NCBI GenBank assembly: GCA_021613535.1
Contig: CP075493.1
Location: 1,860,001-1,924,000 of the forward strand
DNA length: 64,000 nt
Direction of reading: 5' to 3'
Source of the DNA: Adineta vaga
Lineage: Eukaryota; Animalia; Rotifera
Shown: positions 12,957 through 24,089 of the stretch, in pieces
How the letters are laid out: every line of letters begins with the position of its first letter
How positions within the stretch are numbered: position 1 is the stretch's first letter
Made by a program: the position numbers and the translations under genes
Notes under the pieces: model-generated
What the model saw: the letters and a program-made list of their open reading frames with translations, nothing else
What the model was told of the DNA's origin: nothing
Database searches by the model: none

Positions 12957-14922
12957 TTAGATTCGAAGATCAATAATTTTACATTGTAAACCAGGATCAT
13001 AAGTTGTATGTGAAGAAATCTATTCGTAAGAATAGAAGTGGTTTTAAACTTTTAAAAAACTTACCACATATAATGGAGGACTAGAGACATGTTCATGAAA
13101 ACCTGTCTTTTTACACGTTGATATTATTGGAATACCTGTATTTGGTGTAAGAGAAAATATTGCAGTTCTAAATCAATTGAAATACTTCGCTGAATAACGA
13201 ATAAGAAATGTTATTCTTACTCATTGAATTTTGGACTAATTACAATTGCAATAGCTTCTTGCATTAACATTTGATATGGTAAATGAGTATGAAGATCGAC
13301 ACTTGATAGAAACGCTGTCTGTGTCGGATGAGTCTATGATGAGGAGAATAATCAATCAATAATAGAAAGAGATTGAAAATCAATATCTACATGAATCCAA
13401 CCAAGAGTGATGAGATTATTATTCGAAATATATTCAACCATTTCTTCTTCTTTTTCCGTATCACATGAATCTGAAAATGTTTTTATGAATACACAATTTA
13501 ACCATAGATATTTATTTACCTGGTCCACCATTCTGTTTAGGAACAACAATATGAGTGATTACATACTGTTGATTATCTTTCTAAAAGAACAAACAAAAAA
13601 TCTTCAATTGTTTCGATTTAATCAGATAACAAACTCGATATCCAGCAAGAATACCACATGTTTCAATACTTCGATCTAAAAATTTCGTTATTATATTTTT
13701 TATTGAATATTTCATAATTATTTACCTGTATTTCGTTGTGCTGCTTGTAGAAATTTCGATGTTATATCATTTGGAACAGCCATACGTCGAAATGAACTCG
13801 TTTCAGTATTTACTAAATTTATTAAGATATAAATTACAATTGTTTCTACGAAGCAATAAAAATGAAGATTACTTGTTATTGGTTTTTGTGATCGATCATA
13901 ACTAGGTCTTGAAAAAGAGAATAATTTACAATTGAAATCAACTATATCGTTTACTTGATAGGTTCTCGATAACTTGCTTCAAAATGATTATCAGTTGAAG
14001 TGATTGTAGATGGTTTCATTTGTGTTAGTGGAGTTTCTACATAATTTACTTTGAGTTGTTGTAATGTCAATTCATTCTCATGATGAATACTAAAAATGAA
14101 ATGATCCTTTTAAAAAAAATTCTTCCTCTATTGTCTTCATTAATTTCAATTAACGATGTTTTCATGGTCCACAATAGCAATTATCTAATACTCATTAACC
14201 TCAATTGACTGCATCAGTTATGGTCTATGACGGTCTTTCTCTGTACAATGACTTTCCATTCATAGTACTACATTTCACCATTGGTTTTCTACAATAGACT
14301 TACTTCATTGGCGTATGACCCAATCCTGCTGCTGAGATTTTTAACATATCTTCTTCTTCATGTTCATGGGTTGGTTTCTAATTAAAAAACAAACAATTAT
14401 CTATATTATATTGAATTCCACTGAACATACCTGTTGATCTTCATATTCTTGTGCGTATTTTTCAATTACTTTACTTTTTAATTCTTCTGCACGTGGAAAT
14501 GCTTTCGTACGAATAATCTATATTGATAATTACAGCTTCATTGAGACAAAAGAAAAGGCACTCGTCAATGAAATAATTACTTCTTTCACACGTTCTCGAT
14601 CATTGACAGATACATGTGGAAAATCTGGATGATATTGTTTAAGTTCTTCAACAAATAAACTAAGAAGAAAATATAGACGAAATGTATTGTTTTTGAATAT
14701 GACTCCTCTTCCGATTTACGTTATATATCTTGAATAGAGAATAAAACTTTGTTCAAACTGATTGGTTTTATAATAATGATCAGCTTCTTCAATTAAACTA
14801 TCCGATGTTTTATAATAGAAACTAATTGGTGTCGATGAACGAATTGGTATTCGACATTGATTTTCAAGTAACCATTGAACTCGATCACGTGCAGATTTAA
14901 TTGAACTCTCCGATACAGACAT
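12957..14922 (-). CDS. STAMBP: STAM-binding protein / AMSH JAMM deubiquitinase (multi-exon)
   Basis: N-terminal USP8-dimer/MIT-like '[22 protein letters not shown]'; JAMM 'IETCGILAG', '[43 protein letters not shown]'. Confidence 0.93.
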
Positions 14923-15096
14923 TTCAATACTAAAGAACAATCTGAATGAATGATATTATTTTTCAATGATTTTACAAGAACAAGTAGAAGAAAAAAAACC
15001 AACCTAATGATTGATTGATTTAAAGATGGTTACTTCGACTATCCATTGATTTTTGACGATAGATGTCCTATAAAATCTTCTATACAATGAATGAAT

Positions 15097-15430
15097 AAAA
15101 TCAAGTTACAATTACTATTGGTTTTCTCTTTTCTTTTGGTTAAGTAATAGTTCTACATGATCGATGAATAATAAAACCTTGACTCATTTGTTCTCAATAA
15201 CTATATCATAGAATGGCTGATATTTCTAAACATCTGGAGTGTTCTCTTCTAGTAGAAGAATGTAAATGCGATCGAAGATGACGTACTTAATCGTTCCTAG
15301 GTTGTTATGCTGTTTTTCTAGCGACGTAAAATCAAAGTACACAGAATGTCACATTGCTTATCACAAGTATCTCGCGTGCCTATTTTTTTTCCTTCTTGTC
15401 ACCAGTTTTACTTTCTTCGTATATATATAT
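15097..15430 (+). repeat. Duplication copy A, left part (STAMBP/VMP1 shared upstream region)
   Basis: Near-identical to 29186-29516 (e.g. GTTACAATTACTATTGGTTTTCTCTTTTCTTTTGGTTAAG ... CACAAGTATCTCGCGTGCC). Confidence 0.92.
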
Positions 15431-15555
15431 ATATATATACATCTTCTTTTTTTTCTTTTATTTATTTAGTTAGAAAATATTTTCGTTCTATTTCTATGTT
15501 TAACATTAGTTTTGCCTAAATGCATTTCGCAGCTGGATTTGAGACTCATTCATCA

Positions 15556-16896
15556 ATGGATGTACCATCGTCAACAGCTCGTCGACGAAAAGAAAAACAA
15601 CGACAACAACAACAACAGAAAAAGAATTCTTCTCCGATCCAATCATTAACGTAAGTATATTATCTTTAGGTTTTTTTTCTTCAAACTATATTGTTTTGTC
15701 AATATTTTAGCGGATCAACATCAAATGTTGATGAACTTGTAATAACAAATAAAACTATTCAAGAAGAAACTTCAAAAATTGTTCTTTGGCGTCATCCAAT
15801 CTCGACAATTCATTATTGTATACTTGAAATTATTTATTTAATTCATCATAATTTTAAACATTTCGTCTCTTATCGAAAAACATTAGTACTTTTATGTACA
15901 TTGCTCTTTTCATTATTATTTCTTTATAAAACTGAAGGTGCACATCAATCAAGTATTCAAACAATTGAAACATTAGTTTTTTGGTCTTTATATTGGCTTG
16001 GTCTTGGTATTGCTTCATCAATTGGATTAGGTACTGGTTTACATACCTTTCTTCTTTATCTTGGTCCATTTATTGCACGAGTAACTTTAGCTGCTTATGA
16101 ATGTGATTCAGTGCAATTTCCTCGTCCACCTTATCCAAATGAAATCATATGTCCATTAACAAATCTTACAAAACAAATTGATTTCTTAGCCATAGGACAT
16201 GTGTCTTTCTGGAAGATTCTTTGGAAAGTTAAATTAGAAGCATTCTTTTGGGGTTTAGGTACTGCATTAGGTGAATTACCACCTTATTTTATGGCTCGTG
16301 CTGCACGTTTAGGTCATAATGATAGTGATGATGAAGAATTAAGCGAATTTAAACAATTATTATCAAATGCTAAATCACATAATTCACGTGAATTAACTTT
16401 ATTTGAACGTTTGCGTTATTCTGTTTATTGTTTAATCCAACGTATTGGCTTTTGGGGTATTTTATTATGTGCAAGTATACCAAATCCATTATTTGATTTA
16501 GCTGGTATAACTTGTGGTTATTTTCTCATTTCATTTTGGCGTTTTTTCTTTGCAACAATTCTTGGCAAAGCTATTATTAAAATGAGTATACAAACAATAT
16601 TTATTATATTTTTATTCAGTGAACATCATGTTGAACAAATTATACGTTGGATAAAACATATACCATATTATGGTCGTTTATTACAAACACCATTTAAAGA
16701 TTGGTTACATGAACAGAAAGGTAAAATGCATCGAACAAATAATGAAAATTTATCCGGACATTTACCCAAAGTATCGATATTATCGAAATTCTTTAATTTC
16801 TTTGTTGCTGCAATGATTACATATTTTATTATTTCAATTATTAATTCATTGGCACAACGTTATTATAAACGAAAACGTACAATTGAATGTAAATAA
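15556..16896 (+). CDS. VMP1: Vacuole membrane protein 1 (TMEM49), one intron ~15651-15710
   Basis: 'WLGLGIASSIGLGTGLHTFLLYLGPFIA', 'WGLGTALGELPPYFMARAARL', 'GILLCASIPNPLFDLAGITCG' signature motifs. Confidence 0.96.
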
Positions 16897-17058
16897 TTCT
16901 ATTTGTTAGATATTGAATGATCAAAGATAAAGATAAACGTATAGAAAAGAAAAAGCACTACTGTGAATTGATGATTTTGTTTTGTTTCTTTCATTCTTCT
17001 CGAATTCTTAGTTCTTTTTTTTCTTCTTTTTCTCCTCCTATCGAATTTATTTATTACT

Positions 17059-17735
17059 ATGCACATGAATTGTTTTGTTTGTGTTATTTTCTTCCTATAC
17101 GTCTGATGTATCAGGGATAAAGATCGAAAAAGAAATAAAAATCAATCTTTTATTATAGAATAAATTACTCAATAAATATGATTTTAGTAGAAATCATCAA
17201 TAGTTATTGTATCGATGATATTTAGTTATCTAATTTATGATTGAATATTAAAACAAACGGATTGATCATATCATGATACTCGCTTTCCATCTGTCGTCGT
17301 TTAGCAATGACTTTGGAGCAAATAAACAATGCTTACAATAAAAGTGAACAAGTACGATAAATGACTTGAAAAATAAATCCATTATTAATTTATAATTGCG
17401 TTTCAAGTCCAAAGATAGTTTTTCACGATTGAAACTGAATTCTATATATTATGTATGATGTAGTAAATATTGAGAATCGAATTATCTTTCAAAACAATAG
17501 AATATATCAAGTTCTAATGAATACAAACTGAGAAAATTGTTCTCGGTGACCTGATACCATTTAATCTACATGAACTAAATGTCGATCATACTGTAAGAAC
17601 GATCAAGAAAACATATCTTATTCAAAGAGTGGATAGACGTTTCAATAGATAGAATATCTTACACGCGATTTAGTTATTGTCTTATTGAATATAATCATTA
17701 CAACATATCATATTTATATTTATTACATAAATTTG
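17059..17735 (+). repeat. Duplication copy A, right part (VMP1 3' flank)
   Basis: Near-identical to 30301-31040 (ATGCACATGAATTG ... CATTACAACATATCATATT). Confidence 0.92.
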
Positions 17736-18883
17736 AAAATATTGATGACATTTGACAAAAGAAATATTTATTTTATCATAGAAGAGATTTTTACTTTCAA
17801 TCTGAAAATGAAAATATAAAAGTAAATTTGTCTTTGTACGCCAATTCAATAAATTCAATAACAAAACTTTTTATCGTTGATAGAATAAAAGAATACTATT
17901 GAATGATATTTGAAATCTATTCTAACCAACGAAATTATTTTTATACTATAATAGTTGGAGTTAAATGATGAAAAATATTCGTTTCATGTCGACATTAACG
18001 ATAAACATCAAGTTATATGACTATTTATTGATCTTACGAAAAAAAAAACACTTTTTTCAGAATCTATTTTCTATTAAAAGAAAGGTTATTTTATGAATCA
18101 ATACAAATGTGAATGTTTAATGTCTCGAATAAATATAGTTGATTTGATTTTGAAAACAAATTAATCAGATCTCAATTATAAGGAGTAATTAGCATGAAAA
18201 TATAATTCTTATCTTCTAATAGAAAATCAAATAACAAACAAAACAAATTAGTTTAACAAGATGATTCTTTTCCCTTCAATAAACTTATTGCACAATACTA
18301 GAAGATGCTTGAAGAGCTGCTTCAGCACAATCAACTTCAATTGGAAATTCAGGATTTTGTTTATCATCCTGTGCAGATGCTAATCGACGTTGTATATCAG
18401 AAAATGCTAGATATTGTAACGATGTCATTAGTCTGAAGCTGATGAAAAGCACCCAAACACGTCTTAATCAGAACATATCCTCGAAGATCTTCATTTTATC
18501 ATAGAATAATAGGTTCATATATAAAACTTCATGTTATAAGGCGAAGAATTTCATTGCCTATTTTAATATCTCGAACGATATTATATTTATTAAACTCGCT
18601 CTATACTTCTGGTCTGATTCATTCGCTTGTTGATTTTTCAACAATATTTATTCTCATTTAGTAATAAATGTGTGTACGTGCGTTCTTTCAGTTAAGTTTA
18701 TTCTAGAAATTTACATATATATCTATACTTTACAAATTAGATGGTTGTATTGTTTTCGGCGCAATCCACTTAGTACTCTTATTCTATTGGTATTCATCTC
18801 TGCCACAAACAAAGAAATAAACAATATTGGACTATCGCTAGCTACTGTAGATACTTTCGTTCCTTTTTTATATTGATTTTCGG

Positions 18884-20071
18884 TTGACTAAGAAGATGCC
18901 ACGTTCATCTAGTCCTTATGTATTTGAACAGATAACTGGTGAAATTATCTTTTCTCATCTTACTGCAAGCATATGTCAAGCTGTTATTCTACCCAAATCA
19001 AAACATCGACCACGAACCTTTGTACCAACTACTGTAGATAACAGATTAGCTTCGAATTACGCCAAGGAATTCTTATTTATTGGTCAACATCCGAAAATCA
19101 AATTCGAAAAACTTGAAGCAGATTTGTTTTTTCGATTTTCATTCGATCAAACCCCTAAGTTACATATTCCACCTGAATTGGAAGAAGTGTTATTTACCAT
19201 TGGTGAATGTCCATCTCCTATCTATAATGGTTTTGAGCAATCTATCGATATGTTACTACCCAGGTCTAAGAAAACGACGTCGTAAACTGACTTAAACGAT
19301 GGAGAAACGGTGAAAACCGACACTAATACGCCACCGTAATCCGTTAACCCAGAAATGTATAGAAATAGGGTCAAAACCAAGGCAATAAATTGCTGTTTTC
19401 TAACCGTTTTCAGTCGATTAAGGCGTCGTTTCCGGCCGCCGGAATGATCGTCCTGAGTAAATGATAATCACACTTTATCCAGTACATTATTTCCTGATCA
19501 ACCACCAGCCTGCATTGACAATGACAATAGTATACGGAACTATGATTCATCTGCCATTCTTCATCATCGTTACTGTATTTTCGAAACCACATTGAAAGTG
19601 GATGATCTATTTGCAAAGCTGTTACAGTTAGAAAGTTTGAGTGCTTTCTGTACAGCTCGACATATCCGTCAATTATTGAAATACCGCCCACTTTCATTAA
19701 TAAAACACGTACCAGCTGATCTTGCGCAAATAATTGAAAATATGAGGTCAATTCGCTCTAAAGAAATTACTGATAGCAACATGCGAACTATAACATCGAT
19801 TACATTATCATGTCTTAATTCTGCCAGTTTCTCAATGCCGGTGAACCAGAAGTCAGAAATCGTTGAACTTTTGAGCAATGCTAACACAAGTGGTTCTACA
19901 GAAGAATGTAAATTTTACTTTCTTAACGCTTTATTGAACACGGGTCGTCTTCTCTTGTACTACGCCAATAATATGGAACAAGGTTGGCGTGCATCTGTTT
20001 TAACAAGTATGTCCTTGTGGTCAGAGCGAACATCGACAATTGAGCTGTTACAAAGATCTATCAAAGAATGA
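18884..20071 (+). pseudogene. Unknown protein gene relic split by a MITE
   Basis: ORFs 18884-19285 and 19592-20071 join in frame (...SIDMLL|NDNHTLSS...ETTLKVDDLF) when 19259-19459 is removed; flanks contain stops. Confidence 0.7.
19259..19457. mobile_element. 199-bp MITE with TA target-site duplication
   Basis: TA|CCCAGGTC ... GTCCTGAG|TA imperfect terminal inverted repeats; GC-richer than flanks; removal restores the host reading frame. Confidence 0.85.
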
Positions 20072-20391
20072 GCTGCCTAATTCTAATTCGAATACAAACG
20101 CACATTCAGATTCAGCTATTTGATAACGCTTCGAAAATAAATCACGAAACTTGAGCTAGAGTTTTTCCGTGGAATAGGAATAGATTTTCTCTTGTCTATA
20201 TTCGAACATACTTCACACAAAATGTTTTCCTGTAAGAATATAAATAGTTTTATTTTGGTTGCCATTCATTATAATTCAAAATTATGCACATACATGACTC
20301 TGCTTACAAATTATATTTATGAATAACAAAGTCTAAATCTTCTATCCATCAAAAACAATGACGAGGAGTGCTTTTTGACAAATATGACAGA

Positions 20392-21325
20392 TATTCCCTT
20401 TTCTGAAAGAAAGGGTTATATGCTTCTTAGATAGGGTCGTTAAAATGCTTAAAGTTTATTTGTTTGCCCAAGCCAATCAGGTCAAAGCAGTGTATAAATC
20501 GATGAAAACTTACCCCTGGTCATCGGATAACGATTCGTCACATGTAATCGAGATCGAAGAATACGAATCTTGGGTTGCTTTCCCAAAAATATTTTTCTAT
20601 GAACCATAATTAATTAATTGTTATTTCTTTTTTGTCTAATCCAGTCAGATTGCAGCAATATAAAAATTCATGAAAATTTACTAATAATCATCCGTAAATG
20701 ATTTGCCTAAAAGTAATCGAAGTCGAGGATTTCAAATCTGATGTTAGCTTTTCATAATTCTAATCAATTATTATAATTATTGCGAAACTGAAAATAACCT
20801 GTTATTAAGCATAAAAGAAAAAACTCTGACTGTGAATTATTTAATAAAGCTACTGGGTTAATTGAAGAAATGTTTTTTCAGTAGAAGTTCAGGGTGTGGG
20901 TCTGCAAGGGGGAAAAAGCGGATCCTGGATACCCAAATCCTATAAAACTCTCGGACCCTCATTGGTTATCATTGGTCATCATGAACTGTGTGATCGCAAG
21001 AACTATGATGATCCAGGATCCACCTTTTCCCCTTGTGTGGATGTATGTATGTGCGTACTCTGTCAAGGAACACTTACATCCACACCTTATTCCTTCCACA
21101 GAAAGGAGCGTTATATGGAAAAAAGTTTCTGTGCGCTTTTTTGTCAGTGTCAAAGGTCAAAAAACCATTTTCTTCAAGACTGTCTTAAACATCGGAAACC
21201 GAGAGTAGATTAAGGGTAGGATGATAGGTGGGGTCAATGTGAAAGATCAAGGGTTAAAAGTTAAAGGCTGCACAAGATCAAAATATTGCTCTACCCTTCA
21301 GTACGAGCTAAGTACGCGCTTTCGA
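20392..21325 (+). mobile_element. Non-autonomous Helentron/DINE-1-like (HINE) element(s), probably composite
   Basis: Terminal hairpin TATTCCCTTTTCTGAAAGAAAGGGTTATA; related inverted copy at ~52040-52207; second hairpin GTCATCAT...ATGATGATC (~20975-21013) followed by GTGTGGATGTATGTATGTGCGT microsatellite and GGTCAA-type motifs. Family assignment is inference. Confidence 0.55.
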
Positions 21326-22220
21326 TAGATATAACATGAGATTACAATCAGTCGGTCGTTATTTATTCATAAAATCATTAAAAGTTTAGTAATATTGAAA
21401 TAGAAACTATTGATCATTCTAGAGATGATAATCCAATAAATGAACCCATAGGTAGAATCGAACCCGTAGCAGGTTTGAGAAAAATAAAGTACAGTCAAGT
21501 TTGTCTCATTTGAACACTATTGGAATCAATGAAAAACGTAGGGGAATAAGCAAATCATATAAGAACATCTTAGAGATACGATGGCATAGACATGCAACAG
21601 TGGGAGTTAACTCGGTGAGAGTCAGACTCAAACTTAGTTTATACTTTCATGTGTTTTCTTTTGCTTTTGAGAATATTTGATACACCACCAATTGTTCATA
21701 CAAAAAATTATCTCGCACATCACGATAAGATGAACCGGCTTTGTTTTCTTTAATTCAATTAATTTTCTTGTTAAGATCTTTAAGGATAGACGTATTTGAA
21801 ATAAAAATTGCCTTACGTCGAACTAATAGAATGAAATTAGTTTATGAGGGTATGGAGCGTGAGCGTGAAAAGTAGAGACTATCGGTATCTACCCTCAAAG
21901 ATTTCCTTTTCTGATTGAACTTTTGTTAAATATCACATGCAAAAATATCCTTTCTTAAAACGAACTCTTTTGTAAAACTCAAAAAATTACTAATCGAAAA
22001 TACGTATCTTGAGTGTATACTGACACTCATAATCACATACGTTAACGCCATCTTTCCGCATAAACGAGCTATTCGCTTTTGTCGAAATCGTCAGATTTCA
22101 TATTCTTTTTCGAATAACAAAAATACAATACTATCAATAAAGCGAATTTCTTTTCATAACAAACAAAATATATTCAATAGCTTGTATTCTTAACAAATTT
22201 TTGTGGAATTCAAAGCGAAT

Positions 22221-24089
22221 ATGTACACATTTTCAACATTACCGATTGAACTCGTCTATCGAATTTTGGATCATCTGTCTGATTTTACACTATTTTGTTC
22301 AATGCAAAATGTTTGCCGACGTTTTAATCAAATTCTGACCATTTATCAACGATATCAAGTAAGTTTGCAAAGTGCTTTACCTATTTTCTCATCTGTTCAA
22401 GCACACATGAGCCTCGCAATGTCTAACTTAATCAGTTTACTCAAAGAAAAAACAAATTTCACAATTCCGAAGCAATTTCCACGAGTCAATCAAACACAAC
22501 ATTGACTCATGCTATTAAAACAACCCTTCCTCTCACCTGTTCTTTACTATCTATGCCCATAAAATATATATCTTACTAAACGTGCACTCATGTGCCGCAC
22601 AAGAACAAAACCGCAGCATTAAAACACTTTTCCCGTTTCAAACAAATGTCTCTATTGCAACTCTTAAACAATTCAACACTATTTTTCAAACCCACCCAAT
22701 AAAATAAAGTGAACTGTTTTATATTGTGATCAAAAATAACAATCCAGCACACCTTCACATATTGGTGAAATTCACTCAGCAATTGCGAATTTCTCTTTCC
22801 ATAAACACAGTAATCTTCATTCGCTCTTGTCCTAATTGACCCATCCATGCTCTCTCTCGTCTATAGATACTCACCACACTAGATCTCTGTGGCAATAAAA
22901 TCGGCCATCACGGAGCACAACATATTGGTGCTGCCTTGCGAATAAACACGGTAATACTCATTCGCTCTTGTCCTAATTGACACATCCATGCTCTCTCTCG
23001 TCTAAAGACACTAACCACACTAAATCTCCCATCCAATGAAATCGGTGATCAAGGAGCACAACATATTGGTGATGCCTTGCGAATAAACACGGTAATACTC
23101 ATTCGCTCTTGTCCTAATTGACACATCCATGCTCTCTCTCGTCTATAGACACTCACCACACTAGATCTCGGGTACAATCAAATCGGTGATCAAGGAGCAC
23201 AACATATTGGTGATGCCTTGCGAATAAACACGGTAATACTCGTTCGCTCTTGTCCTAATTGACACATCCATGCTCTCTCTCCTCTATAGACACTCACCAC
23301 ACTAGATCTCTGTGGCAATAAAATTCGTGAACAAGGAGCACAACATATTGGTGATGCCTTGCGAATAAACACAGTTAATACTCATTCGCTCTTCTCCTAA
23401 TTGACACATCCATGCTCTCTCTTGTCTATAGACACTCACCGGCCTAAATCTCGAGTACAATAAAATCGGCCATCACGGAGCACAACATATTGGTGCTGCC
23501 TTGCGAATAAACACGGTAATACTCATTCGCTCTTGTCCTAATTGACACATCCATGCTCTCTCTCGTCTAAAGACACTAACCACACTAAATCTCCCATCCA
23601 ATGAAATCGGTGATCAAGGAGCACAACATATTGGTGCTGCCTTGCGAATAAACACGGTAATACTCATTCGCTCTTGTCCTAATTGACACATCCATGCTCT
23701 CTCTCGTCTATAGACACTCACCGTACTAAATCTCCGGGACAATCAAATCGGCCATCACGGAGCACAACATATTGGTGATGCCTTGCGAATAAACACAGTT
23801 AATACTCATTCGCTCTTCTCCTAATTGACACATCCATGCCCTCTCTTGTCTATAGACACTCATCGCATTAGATCTCGCGTGGGATCAAATCGGCGATCAA
23901 GGAGCACAACATATTGGTGATGCCTTGCGAATAAACACGGTAATATTCATTCGCTCTTGTCCTAATTGACACATTCATGCTCTCTCTCCTCTATAGACAC
24001 TCACCACTCTAAATCTCGAGGACAATCAAATCGGCGATCAAGAAAGAAAGTATCTCCGAAATACTTTTGGAAATAGGTTGACGTTATAA
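22221..24089 (+). CDS. F-box + 9x 28-aa RNI/NLRC3-like LRR protein, one LRR per exon (~300 aa)
   Basis: Exon 1 22221-22358 F-box 'MYTFSTLPIELVYRILDHLSDFTLFCSMQNVCRRFNQIL'; LRR exons 22867-22950, 23008-23091, 23149-23232, 23290-23373, 23432-23515, 23573-23656, 23714-23797, 23856-23939, 23997-24089(TAA); all GT-AG, phase 0, no in-frame stops; consensus TLTxLxLxxNxIGDQGAQHIGDALRINT. Confidence 0.92.
22810..24042 (+). repeat. Tandem array of ~9 exon+intron units, period 141-142 bp
   Basis: Intron unit GTAATACTCATTCGCTCTTGTCCTAATTGACACATCCATGCTCTCTCTCGTCTATAG (57-58 nt) repeated 9 times, each followed by an LRR exon. Confidence 0.97.

Noticed and set aside
20894-21213. Three overlapping ORFs of 64-105 aa
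   Set aside because: They lie inside a GC-richer repeat element and show no recognisable domain.
21445-21635. tRNA-like pieces (revcomp GGTTCGATTC B-box at ~21460; GGGAGTTAACTCGGTGAGAGTCAGACT at ~21602)
   Set aside because: Opposite strands, no cloverleaf; at most SINE/tRNA debris.
23190-23372. Minus-strand repetitive ORF in the ORF track
   Set aside because: Antisense shadow of the LRR exon array.
22810-24042. CRISPR-like appearance (constant repeats with variable inserts)
   Set aside because: Units are GT-AG introns plus in-frame LRR exons; the variable part is a few codons, not unique spacers; no cas genes; eukaryotic context.
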